NCBI GenBank assembly: GCA_964016885.1
Contig: OZ024742.1
Coordinates: forward strand, 9,052,001-9,116,000
Length of the DNA stretch: 64,000 nucleotides
DNA from: Eledone cirrhosa
Lineage: Eukaryota
Reading direction: 5' to 3'
Part shown: positions 13,206 through 25,784 of the stretch, piece after piece
Layout of the letters: each line of letters opens with the position of its first letter
Position numbering within the stretch: the stretch's first letter is position 1
Notes under the pieces: generated by a model
The model's input: the letters and a program-made list of their open reading frames with translations, nothing else
What the model was told of the DNA's origin: nothing
Databases searched by the model: none
Translations under genes and position numbers: made by a program

Positions 13206-14681
13206 TTGAAACCACTATGTATTCACATACACAGTTTCATCCGGGATGATATCGACTTCCTGTCCCATCTTCCCAAAACCACGGAAACGAATTCACTTCT
13301 ACTCAGTTTTGATGTGGTAAGCCTTTACACCAACATTACACATGATTTAGGAATAAAGGCGGTTAAATACTGGGTGGAAAAACATAGAGAAGTGATTCCC
13401 ATTAGATTCACAGCGCCATTTATATTAGACGCAGTTAAACTTATTCTGGAAAACAACACTTTCTTCTTCAATGGAAAGAATTACATCCAAATTAGAGGCA
13501 CAGCGATGGGAACGAAGTTTGCTCCCGTTTACGCGAACTCTGTAATGGGATACTTAGAACAACAACTCTACCAAGAAATAGAGGAAAAATATAGTACTGA
13601 CTTTAGAAAGTACATTGAAAAATCTTGGAAGAGATACCTTGACGACTGTTTCATCATCTGGACAGAATCTCTAGATACTCTGGATGAGTTCAATATCCTC
13701 CTGAATAACCTACACCCATCTCTCCAATTCACAAAAGAGATGAGTAGGACCAAATTACCATTCCTAGATATAATGATAATCAAAAACGACACCACCATTA
13801 CCACGGATATATATTATAAACACACAGACACCCATCAATATCTGAATTTTAAGTCGTGCCATCCACCTCATACAAAACGCAACATCCCATACTGCCTAGC
13901 CAGAAGAATTTGTACCATTGTAGAAGATACGAATACCAGGTACAAACGCCTAACAGAACTAAGAGAATTTTTGCTCAAACAAAAATACCCATCTCTACTT
14001 ATAGAAAATGGCATACAGCGGGCTATAAAAATACCTATACAACAACTTAGAACAACCCAAAGAAGAAGAAACCAAGAACTGGTCATACCATTTATAATGA
14101 CACACAACCCATGTCACCAGAATATCTTCAACACTGCCAAAGCAAACCTACCAATCATTGCTCAAAGTAATGAATTAAAAGGCTTAATCACAAATCGATC
14201 TTTGACTCTTAGTAAAAGACAGCCAAAAAATTTGAAGCAATTGCTAACAAAAGCAAAGTTTGACCTTAACAACAAAGACCAATCATTCACTGTATCTAAA
14301 TGCAATGATAATCGATGCGGCACATGTCAATCCATACACGCCGGTCAATATATGAAAACAAAAACTGGAAAAATATTCACAAATGCAAATATGAACTGCA
14401 AAAGCAGAAATCTAATTTACTGCATTAAATGCCCGAATTGTGAAGAACTATATGTCGGTCAAACTGGAAATGCACTATCGGAACGTGCACGGGTACACCG
14501 TCAACAAATCAGAGACCCAAATGTCCGTCATATACCCCTAAGCGGCCACCTGGCAACATGTGGTCAGGGAATATTTATAATATTCCCATTCTACAAATTA
14601 CACAGCCCAAATGAAATCAAGAGAAAAATCAAAGAAAAGAATTTTATTGATAAATTCAAACCCAAGCTAAATGAACAATAA
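13206..14681 (+). pseudogene. 5'-truncated inverted copy of the same RT-EN ORF
   Basis: Protein identical to the C-terminal part of 10596-12782 except P>H and S>N; copy starts at junction 13102. Confidence 0.92.
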
Positions 14682-15056
14682 TAACGCCTAGGGGTATTAC
14701 TTCTACTACCACTATGACCACGACCACTAACAACAACAACAACAACAATAATAATAATAATAAAAGTGATGTTGATGGTGATGATTAATAGAAAATGCTA
14801 TTTTCATCATTTCAAAAAAGCAAAACAATTGATACGTTGGATATGACTATTGGTCGTTAGCATGCTCAACCAGCCGTGACGCTTAAACCAATCAGCTGTA
14901 GTAATTCAGTGAAACTACACACTGATTGGTCGAAATACAGTTTACAGGGCTTTGCATTCTGGAGCCACTTTTCTCTGTATAAAATGTATAAAAGGTAGGA
15001 AATTTACCCATGTCATTACAGTTGAAAATTGCAAACTCGACTGTCACCACATATCA

Positions 15057-15095
15057 TGAACCTGAAGATTGCGAAAGCATGAAAGTACTTGTTCA
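15057..15095 (+). ncRNA. Minimal type I hammerhead ribozyme
   Basis: tgaac-CTGAAGA-(tgc GAAA gca stem II)-GAAA-gtac-TT-gttca. Confidence 0.82.
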
Positions 15096-15335
15096 ATTAA
15101 CACTTAGAATTTAATATTCTATCATACTATTTCATTATAATACCATTATATATATTTTAAAGGATTGTAAATAAAACGAGTAAATCAGACAAAGTTGGAA
15201 TTCCTCTTATTAATATAATCTTCTATACACAATCATACACACCCGTGTATATTTACCTATCTATATCTATATCTATACCTATCTATATATATATATATAT
15301 ATATATACTACTTACATCAAATGTGAGTGTATATA

Positions 15336-18300
15336 TCTAATATATAAAGTGAAGTTGGGCGTTATTTGTTTGTTTGTTTCGTGTCCCGAGCTTGCAGGCT
15401 ACACCGTTCATCCGATTTTCATGAAATTTGACACATATATAAAACTCGACGCGTATATTGGAATAGGCTACTTGCAATTTTCGAAAAATCGATAATCGGG
15501 CCCCCAGAAGCCAAAAATCGATATTTTCAAAAGTCGTCCGATTTCGATGAAACTCGGCGGAAGTGTGTATTTTCATCCGGGGATGAACGTGAGCTAAATA
15601 TTGATGTTTGCCTCTGTGGGTCCGATAATCGGATCCACAGAGGCAAACATCAATATTTTCAGAATTCGTCCGATTTCAATGAAATTTGATATTACCACAA
15701 TAATAGATCCATTAGGAGTTACTCCAAGGCTGCAAAATTTCAGAAAGTTTTTTTAAACTCATAAATCATGCGTTAAATGAGACCTTTAAGAGACAATTAT
15801 TCATAGTTTAATTATCAATGGCGCAATATCTTCTATCCTGGGGCCAATTCTCCACGCAGAGTCTTAAAGCATCCCTTCGCGCACGCTGTTATCTATCAGC
15901 TTCATTGAGCATCACCATCCGACAACCGAAAAACGCCATTCTTCTTGCTTCCATTTGTCGCGACTCCCGCCATGCAAAGAACGTTCAATCTATCAGGATT
16001 ATCCACCGTAAGTCTCTTTAAATTAACGCTCACCATATTCAGCAAACCTTTTATGCCGATTCTTCCATTTCTTATATAAGGACTATCAAGACTATACCGC
16101 CGCGCATCATCCTGTATTGCGCCCAGTCTTTTCAAGCGAACATCGAGCCTCCATGCGCTCTCTTCATTCCCGTGGTCCCATTACCGTAACATAATGAGGC
16201 ATCCGTCAACCCCTGCCCTCCCCCTTCCCATGCACGGCGTCGTCCCACTGCATCGTCATACCTCACCATGCCGCATTACTGCCCTGTCGGCCACGATCCC
16301 CTCCTCAGCCCTTTCTTTGGCCTGCCCGCCGTGCTCCTGCCTTGCACCCGGTTTTCTCAAACAATCATCGTGCCTCCCGGTGCTCTCTACATTCCCGAGG
16401 TGCAACTCAATTGGCATGCTGCAGTCACGCCCTGGCAGCCGCCATGCACCCTGCCCTTTCGTCATGCCTCATCATGCTGCATCCCTCCCCTCTCAGCCGC
16501 CATCCACTCCCCGACCCTTTCTACTGCCTAGACATGGCAGTCTTGAGGACCCAGTTGCATCCTTGCCACCGTCAACCCCTGCCCTCTCCGTTCCTTGCAC
16601 GCCGTCGTCCCACTGCATCCTCATGCATCACCATGCTGCATCAATGCTCTGTCAGCCGCAATCCCCTCCTCAGCCCTTTCTTTTACCTGCCCACAGTGCT
16701 CCTTCAAGACTGTCATGGCTCACCATGCGGCATCCTTGCCACCGTCCACCCCTGCCCTCTTCCTTGACTGCTGGCCGTCGTTCCACTGCATAGTCATGCC
16801 TAAGGATGCCACATCCATGGACTTTCAGCCACCATCCCTTCCTCGGCTCTTTCTTTTGCCTGACCGCCGTGCTCCTTCAAGACTCCCATGGCTATCTATG
16901 CTGCATCAATTCCTTGCCACCCTCTTAAACGTCATCAGCATGGCTTATTGTTTCCTCATCTGACCACCGATTTTCGCAGGCTAAACACAATACCAACGTG
17001 CACGATAGTCCATGGTAAATATTTTTAATTACATGTTCATCATGCTTAGCAAAGGATGAATAGCAACACTTTCATTTCTCCTGACATGCCTTTCTGTCAA
17101 TTATGGCCGAGAAGCATCCTGTGTAGCATCGCGTCTTCTCAAGCGATCAGCGTGCCTTCCACTGTCCTCACAATTGAGTCACAACGCCGCATCTATTCCC
17201 TGCGACGCCCCTAAACATCATCAGCATGGCTTATTTTTCTGCCGCGTTTAACCGGCCCTCATTCTAGAGCAGAAGCAACAAAACCGCACGATGATGATGC
17301 GTAGGTCTATTTAAATTAATGGTTAACATGTTCAGCAAAACAATTGTACCAATTCATTACATCTTAGAGGTCGGGATTCGCAATTTCTACGATTTCAATA
17401 TTGACACAACAGTCCGTCAGGTTTTTTGGCACATGTTGCTCCGATAGGAATATCACCGTGATTTTCACTTAATTCGTAAGTGTTCAGTCTTCCGTATGCT
17501 TTTATTTGTTATTGATACAACACCGACTACAATCATCTAACTTCACTTTGTAGGCTAGACGCGAATCACAAGGAAAACAATCCTCTGATATACAACCCCA
17601 CCAAATTCTTTGGTCTACCTAGATTTCAATGGCTATATCCTTTGCTTTTGTACGGTTGTACATTTGACAATGTCACAAAATATTATTCCACTTGATTCCG
17701 ACCTTTCAGCTATGAATTGGGCAGTGTCTTAAAATCCCGGTTTATTTGCGTGCAATTTTCGGGTATCTTATGAATGGAGAATCGAAAACCCTTTTTCTCA
17801 TAACCTGATACATGCGTTACACATGCTCCATGGATGTTTGTGGACTATTTTTTCAAAATACCAATATCACAGATTGGAGCACAAAAAGAAACGTTTGTTC
17901 TTCATTTATTTCGGTTAAAGCATCCTGCTGGAATTTAGCGCAGACCCGTTTAAATCCAGCGCCTTATAACCCCGAGTGTAACCGGGTACACCAGCTAGAA
18001 AGACAAATGGAAACATTGTTTCCTCGGGCTGATTTGACGAAAGTCGATTTATTTCCACAACAAATTAACAAACCATACTTGAAGACACGTTGAGGCTGTT
18101 GCAAAAGGCAATAACCCTAGACACAATTATGATCAACTTTTTTTCACCTATAGCAAATTTACCGGGACAGGTTTTTAGCTACTCAAATCTACTTCAGAGG
18201 TCACGCATTCTGTAAAAAAATCCATAAAACTGAAGCGGGGGTTCGACTTTGCACAAAAAACAAGGCACAGTTTCAAATGGGAAAACTTTTTACAGGAACG

Positions 18301-18703
18301 TCCGATTTTCTTGAAAACTGTCGCAAAAAACTCGCCATTATGACGCAGTTCAGATAAAGTCCCTTTTATTTCTTCTTCTGCACATGTGAGCGCGAAATTT
18401 GTAAAAGAAAAACTGTGAAAAAATCGACTTTTTCACCCTGCTTTAAAAATCAACTGAGAATTCAATTTCAAGTGAATTTGACTTCCGTCAGTCGTGCAAA
18501 GAACAATTTCAACGATACACTGTGTACCTAGAATTGATCCATTATTTATGCTCAATTACACACCTGCGTCTACTAACCTCTGTTTTTTTTCCTTGAGGTT
18601 CGAAGGTTTTTGCACCTGTGATGCGCGGGAAGTAACTTTCACACATTTTAACAACAGAGCAAAGGTCTACTTACACCCGGGCAACGCCGGGTACTTCTGC
18701 TAG
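15336..18703 (+). mobile_element. Non-autonomous composite Helitron
   Basis: A|TC 5' end (TCTAATATATAAAG), 3' hairpin ACCCGGGCAACGCCGGGT followed by CTAG|T at 18700-18703; second hairpin+CTAG at ~17969-17998; no TSD; no Rep/helicase ORF. Confidence 0.78.
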
Positions 18704-18714
18704 TATATATATAT

Positions 18715-19031
18715 ATATATGTGTGACTGTATATATATATATATATGTGTGACTGTATATATATATATATATATGTGTGACTGTATATATATATATATAT
18801 ATGTGTGTGTGTCTGTATATATATATATATATGTGTGACTGTATATATATATCTATATATATCTATATATGTGTGTCTGTATATATATATATATATATGT
18901 GTGACTTATATATATATATATATGTGTGTGTGACTGTATATATATGTATGTGTGACTGTATATATATATGTATGTGTGACTATATATATATATATGTGTA
19001 TGACTGTATATATATATATATATGTGTATGA

Positions 19032-19035
<4 letters not shown>
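18715..19035. repeat. TA-rich minisatellite (TGTGTGACTG(TA)n), continues at 23515-23780 beyond the PLE insertion
   Basis: Same unit on both sides of the 19.1-23.5 kb element. Confidence 0.85.
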
Positions 19036-19090
<55 letters not shown>

Positions 19091-19118
19091 ATCAAAAGAT
19101 GGTTAAAGGCGTTCCATG

Positions 19119-19189
19119 TATTTTATTATGCGTATTTCAAAAACAAACATCATCATGCAATAATATTTGTGTTTTCATCAGATAAAACA
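19119..19189 (-). ncRNA. Type I hammerhead ribozyme
   Basis: Mirror of 23276-23346 (stem III TACGCA). Confidence 0.72.
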
Positions 19190-20208
19190 GGAGAACATGA
19201 TATGAAGGCTAAAAAACACTTGTGGATAGTGCAGTTTTAAATCAACATATGAAAAGTGCTTTTAGATTGATGTGTGATATTGGGAAAAATATTTTATTTA
19301 GAGGGGGGGGGGGAGGATGAAAAAGGGGAGGAGATGAGAGGGAGAGATGGGTGATAGAGAAAAAGAGATAGTTTTTATAACTGAGAGAAGATATATTGTT
19401 TTACATAGAGAGGTTGAAAACCGTTGGAAGATAATGTATAAATTAAAAGAATTTGAAAATTAACGAAGGGAAGATATGTACGAGGAAAAAATATTTTATT
19501 TAGGGAGGGGGGGGGGATGAAAAAAGGGGGAGGAGATGAGAGTGAAGGTGGAGAGAGAGAGATGGGTGATAGAGAGAAAGAGATAGTTTTTATAACTGAG
19601 AAAAGATATATTGTTTTACATAGAGAGGTTGAGAACCGTTGGAAGATAATGTATAAATTAAAAGAATTTGAAAATTAACGAAGGGAATTTATGTATGAAG
19701 ATAGAGAGAAAAAATAATAATTGTGGATGAATATTCTAACGTCAAAAAAAGTGTATGTTGATAAGTATTGTGGCAATTTCAAAATTAACGAAGAGAAAAA
19801 ATTATTAAGGTTTGTGTGTAGAAGGATTTGAGAAAAATAATGTGAAGTTAAAGTTTGTTTATTGAAGGAATTGATAATATGTGCGAATAAAGAGTTAATA
19901 TGTATTAAGAATGAGTTCGTTGATGGGGAGAAAAAAATAATAAATTAAGGATGAATTTGAGATTAAAAAGTTTTATGATAGAGAGAAAAAATAATAATAA
20001 TTGCGGATGAATAATCTAACGTCAAAAAAACAAATGTATATGTTATGAAGGATTTTACAAGGTGAAGATAGAAAGAGGGTAATGAGTAAACAAGTATTAT
20101 AGAGTGTATAATGCCCTTTGAAGTAAGGTAGGAAGATGGGTATATTTTAAAGAGGTGTATGTATATGTGCCTTTGAGAAAAGATTCTAAATTGAAAAAGA
20201 ATTGAATA

Positions 20209-22370
20209 TTAACTGTATAATTTGTGAAAAGTCCTATGGAATTTATGCAGGCACATAGAAAACTAATCTGTACGTCTATTTATTATAGAATCTAGATTAG
20301 AGATAATGGTAAATTTTTCATTTAGGCAGATATTACAGATTTTAGATAGAGAGCTGTTCAAGTATGAGGATGCAGAAGAAACCTTCTTCCAAAAGATGGT
20401 ATATTTAATGTTTTTGTCTTTCAAGGACCATATGAGTTCTGAGAGAGCCGTGTTGGTTCTTTTAAGTTTGTATTTGAAAGATGAATGGTGATTATAGAGA
20501 CGAGCTTTAAAAGAGGTGGAAGTGGAGCCAAAATAGGTGAAGGAATTGGTGCTAGTTATAACTTTACATTCATAAATTAAGTTTTTATCGAGACAATGGT
20601 TGTTGAGAGGACATTTATTTTTAATGCAGCAGTTGCAATTAGAGAGATTATTAATGAGTGACCTAGTGTTATCTATAGAAGGAATTGGATTGGAGAAGTT
20701 GTTTGCGATAGAAATAATAGGAATAATAGTTTCTTGATTTAGAGTTGGATTATGAACATTTAGCGAAGTTGTGTTTGACGTTGTATTTGGGTTTACAGAA
20801 GTTAGCCTAGGGTTTACAATGACGTCGGGAGTACTATTACTGTTATTATGAAATTCAATGTTGGAAGGAAGAGATTTAGTATTTAGTATTTTATTGTTGT
20901 GTTTAGAGATGATGTTGGAAATATTGGAGGATGTAGAATAAGAAAATTTGATGGTGTGTTTGTTAAATATTTTACTATAGATATGTGAGGGAGGGAAGCA
21001 TTTATTTAAGGCACTAAAAAATAATTTAGGAATAATGTTATTAATAGAGATGGAGAAAGGAGCATTATACCAGATTATGTTTTTGTATCTAGGTCTTTTA
21101 TTAAAATTATTGGAATGATCATGATTAATTATTCTACTGTAAGTTTTTCTAGAATTTGTTTCTTTACTATATTTGATTTTATCTGGATAGCCGGCTTTAG
21201 AAAGTGCGTTATTATAGTAATTGGCGTTAGCATCAAAGATGTTTTTATTAGAAGATATGTTAGATATTCTTTTTCCAATATTACTAACTATAGCATTCTT
21301 GATATTGGTAGGATGGTTAGATTTAAAGTTAACATAATTTAGGTCCTCATTGTTTTTATGGTAAGGGTAATATAGGCCAGTGTCAAGATTAAGAGATACA
21401 TCCAAGAAATTAGCTAGTTTGATACTATTATCAAATTCAATTTTTAGGTTATGTTGGTTAAAGAGATTACGTATATTGTTCTTAAAAATATTAAGGTTAA
21501 CTATATTGCAATTTAGGATAGTAAAGAGTCCATCGTCACGATAAATTCCACCGCGAAGATGAGGAATTTTCCGACTCAAAGAGTTCAAAATGAAGATACC
21601 GATTAAATCAGTCAATTGGGATGAATTGGATGCTCCCATTGTGATGTCGAAGTTGTTAGAGGTATCGGCTCTGGTCCAATATTCGTTGTTGAACTCTAGG
21701 ATGGTTTTACGTGCGGTGAGGATGATGTGAAGTTCATCTGTGGTGATGTCAGAATATTTAAGTGCGAAAGATAGAGCATTATTGAGAAGTGAAGGCGAAA
21801 TGGAGGAATAGTAGCTGGCAATATCAAATTGAATAAATTTTAGTTTATTTTTATTATTCAATTTGTTGAACCAGCCAATCACTTCAGAAGTACCAACCCA
21901 TAAATTTAGGTTCAAAGAAGAGCAATTAGAACTAACCTGTGGGATAATTCTATCCAAGATGGCTTTACTAACAAACCCCAGATCAGATTTAGAGGGGGCG
22001 ATTAATCTAACAGGTAGTTCAGTGCGAAAATTGTTTTTGTGATCCTTGAGATTTATCCTCGGAGTTCTTGGGAGGAATGGTTCGGTCTTTTTTTCAATGC
22101 CAAGTTTTGACATAATCTCAGAGGCTTCAAGGTTTATGTATTCTAAATTTTCATGGTTGGTTTTACGATACTTTTTCCTAAGTTCCTTTAGGATAAGGTT
22201 GTTATAATTATCCTTGGAAATACCATATAAGTTATTGGTTTTGTCAGAGTGGACTAAAACATTTTTTGAGGAATTTAGGTTAGAAATTGTGTTCTTGAGA
22301 TTTACAAGGTGCTCTTGTCCTTTGTAAGGGTATCTCTTGAATTTAAGATTTTTTATTATTTTAGTTAATT
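20209..22370 (-). pseudogene. 5'-truncated PLE RT + GIY-YIG (ORF track 20263-22113)
   Basis: SDKT, FDIASYYSSI, MGAS, YRDDGL, FLDV, CNC..K..CPL..CL..NLIY, YFGST..FK.R..H..SF, CNICLNEK; premature stop just before terminal CLHK. Confidence 0.9.
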
Positions 22371-23275
22371 CTCATTACCCTCTTTCTATCTTCACCTTGT
22401 AAAATCCTTCATAACATATACATTTGTTTTTTTGACGTTAGACTATTCATCCGCAATTATTATTATTTTTTCTCTCTATCATAAAACTTTTTAATCTCAA
22501 TTTCATCCTTAATTTATTATTTTTTTCTCCCCATCAACGAACTCATTCTTAATACATATTAATTCTTTATTCGCACATATTATCAATTCCTTCAATATAC
22601 AAACTTTAACTTCACATTATTTTTCTCAAATCCTTCTACACACAAACCTTAATAATTTTTTCTCTTCGTTAATTTTGAAATTGCCACAATACTTATCAAC
22701 ATACACTTTTTTTGACGTTAGAATATTCATCCACAATTATAATTTTTTCTCTCTATCTTCATACATAAATTCACTTCGTTAATTTTCAAATTCTTTTAAT
22801 TTATACATTATCTTCCAACGGTTCTCAACCTCTCTATGTAAAACAATATATCTTTTCTCAGTTATAAAAACTATCTCTTTCTCTCTATCACCCATCTCTC
22901 CCTCTCCACCTTCACTCTCATCTCCTCCCCCTTTTTTCATCCTTCCACCCCCCTCCCTAAATAAAATATTTTTTCCTCGTACATATCTTCCCTTCGTTAA
23001 TTTTCAAATTCTTTTAATTTATACATTATCTTCCAACGGTTTTCAACCTCTCTATGTAAAACAATATATCTTCTCTCAGTTATAAAAACTATCTCTTTCT
23101 CTCTATCACCCATCTCTCCCTCTCATCTCCTCCCCTTTTTCATCCTTTCCACCCCCCCCTCTCTAAATAAAATATTTTTCCCAATATCACACATCAATCT
23201 AAAACCACTTTTCATATGTTGATTTAAAACTGCACTATCCACAAGTGTTTTTTTAGCCTTCATATCATGTTCTCC

Positions 23276-23346
23276 TGTTTTATCTGATGAAAACACAAAT
23301 ATTATTGCATGATGATGTTTGTTTTTGAAATGCGCATAATAAAATA
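23276..23346 (+). ncRNA. Type I hammerhead ribozyme
   Basis: tgttttat-CTGATGA-(long AT-rich stem II)-GAAA-tgcgca-TA-ataaaata. Confidence 0.82.
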
Positions 23347-23467
23347 CATGGAACTCCTTTAACCATCTTTTGATCTTATATTATGCATACTCCAGTCCTA
23401 CAAACTGTAGAGTGCTTCTTATCCGATATCTGCATTGCTTTATTGTACTACAATAAAACTCACCTCC

Positions 23468-23521
<54 letters not shown>

Positions 23522-25519
23522 ACTGTATATATATATGTGTGTGTGACTGTATATATATATATACATATATGTGTGACTGTATATATATATATATATATGT
23601 ATATGTGTGACTGTATACATATATATGTGTGACTGTATATATATATGTATATGTAAGTGTGTATATGTGTATGTGTGACTATATATATATGTATATGTAA
23701 GTGTATATATATGTATGTGTGACTATATATATATACATGTGTGTGACTGTATATATATGTATATGTAAGTCTATATATGTGTATATGTGTCTATGTTTGG
23801 AGGTATAGTTTTATGTAGATATATAGATAGTAGTAATAGATTTTGTAGTATTAACGGAGCGAACCAGCCGTTTCGTGTTCGATTCCCTATTTTACTTCAA
23901 CTACAGAAAGTCTTCTCAACCTATTTTCTGCTCCCGCCTTCTTTCATATGCAATAACCTTCCACCTTCCAACTATATATTCAAAAAGATATCAACATTGT
24001 TTGGTAAAATGTTGTTATTGGTTCATTATTCCCATTTAGCCTCTTGTTATATTTTTAATTGTTTTTACAGGATGTTTTAATGTCTCCTTCGAATATTTGA
24101 TTTCGGGTAACATATGTCGAAATACCTTTTTTTAGTGCTCAAAATCCTATATCGTCCACCAAAATTTCCAACTTTTTTCTGTTCAGTTGCTCATCGCCCA
24201 CCTAACAGTTGATAATCTTTACAACAACAAAAGCAATCCTTTGTTGTAAACAGCTTTTGTTTCCCCTCCGCAGTATCTAAACTATAATAAAGTAAGGAGT
24301 GCGGGATTGCATACGGTTTAGAATTTTTTTTATCCCATTAGTAAAATAAGTTGGATTACTTTGAATAAATAAAGAATGAATATTACATAATTTATCTACT
24401 AAATTGTGTAGCAGTTGATTAAATATATTTTATTGTTTATTTAAGATTCACTTCTTGAAAATTTTCAAATGTCAACATTTCCGGTTAGCGAACGCTTAAA
24501 TAAAAATTCATATATTTCCGTCACTAATTTTCCCCTAATGCAGTTTATATATAATATCGTCTTTTTTAATGTATCATGGATTACGTTACTGATTACTGAC
24601 AGTGTAACACAGTCTTCGTTCAATTTCTGTGTATATTGTCAATTACTATGTTATGTGATGTATCATATCTACAAGCATATATACTTGCGTATAATATCAA
24701 TATACACACTACACATGCTAGCAGAAAACCACCCCAACGGTGCTTTTTCTGTTAGTCAGTTTAATCAAAGACAACAAATCTAAAAGCTTCCTTTCTTACT
24801 GCCATGACTTGACTGAATATGCTGTGTACGGCCTTCGTCCGCGTTGTGTGTACGATACTTTTCTACAAATGTCTAGCGAAAGACATTTATTTTCTCTATT
24901 ACAGTTATGCCTGCAGTAGCATTGTGCTTAGTAACGATGCTCTGGATAAAGCCGGACTCTTCCAGAAGTAAGTTTAACTATTCTTTAAAAGTTTATCGCT
25001 TCTCAAATGCTGTCTTAATTTGACATTGTCATTTCTCTTTGTATTGTTCTCTGACTCTACTTATATATTGCTTTCATATATATTCCCAGCACGAGACTGT
25101 CTTAGTATTAGTCCTTTGACGCCATCAACTCCCAGAATTATTTTATATAGGCTACAATAAACCAAAGATATTAGATCTGCATGTGTAGCTATTGTTATAA
25201 ATCTTCTAGAAAGAGGCACTAGCAAGAACCTTTATCTGCAGTCTTATTACAGTGTCATATTTTTATCTCACCTCATTTCCCCAGTGAAAATAATTCCATT
25301 CACTAATCCATAAGATAGTAGTCACCTATTCACAGTATTTGCGTGACATGAATTAACAAATTACTGTCTTGTTAAATATGAATGTCTACGTAATTGTCTT
25401 TCTTCTTCATTTCATTACAACTCATGAAAATAATTATATTGTTGGTCTTATTTCTTACCTGCGACTGTCCTCTATCCTTACTTCATCCATTAGACCGTCC
25501 ATCAGATTGAGTTCGTGGT

Positions 25520-25680
25520 GGTGGATTGGCAGAGTCGTTAGAACATCGTATAGAATGCTTTATAATATTAGTTTAAACTCTCTGCTTTCTGAGTTCAAAT
25601 CATCCCCAGGTCATATTTGCCTTTCACCGTTTTTGTGATCAATAAAAAGTACCAGTCTACTACTGGGGTCGATTCCTCAT
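25520..25680 (+). mobile_element. Degenerate tRNA-derived SINE
   Basis: TTGGCAGAGTCG..CTGAGTTCAAAT..TTTGCCTTTCA..ATAAAAAGTACCAGT..ACTGGGGTCGAT. Confidence 0.65.
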
Positions 25681-25784
25681 TAATATATCTTTCTATTTTT
25701 TTTCTCTGGAAGAAATCGGTATTACTCAAACCTAGAGAATTGATGGCCTCCACCAGGTTTAAAGTTTCCAAGATACGCCGCATG

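Larger units (their letters stand above)
10063..15259. mobile_element. Neptune-type Penelope-like element with ~2.1-kb inverted partial duplication
   Basis: 10063-12175 is the reverse complement of 13102-15214 with few substitutions; RT+GIY-YIG ORF; HHR in each 3' arm; ~45-bp tail on the right; TA-rich flanks. Confidence 0.95.
19088..23470. mobile_element. PLE (tentatively Nematis-like) with ~1-kb inverted pLTR and ~90-bp tail
   Basis: 19088-20086 mirrors 22371-23378; ORF on minus; HHRs in both arms; ~200-bp internal tandem duplication in each arm. Confidence 0.92.

Noticed and set aside
10063-15214. Interpretation as a DNA transposon with giant TIRs or an LTR element
   Set aside because: Encodes PLE RT and GIY-YIG; the arms are inverted partial copies with asymmetric ends
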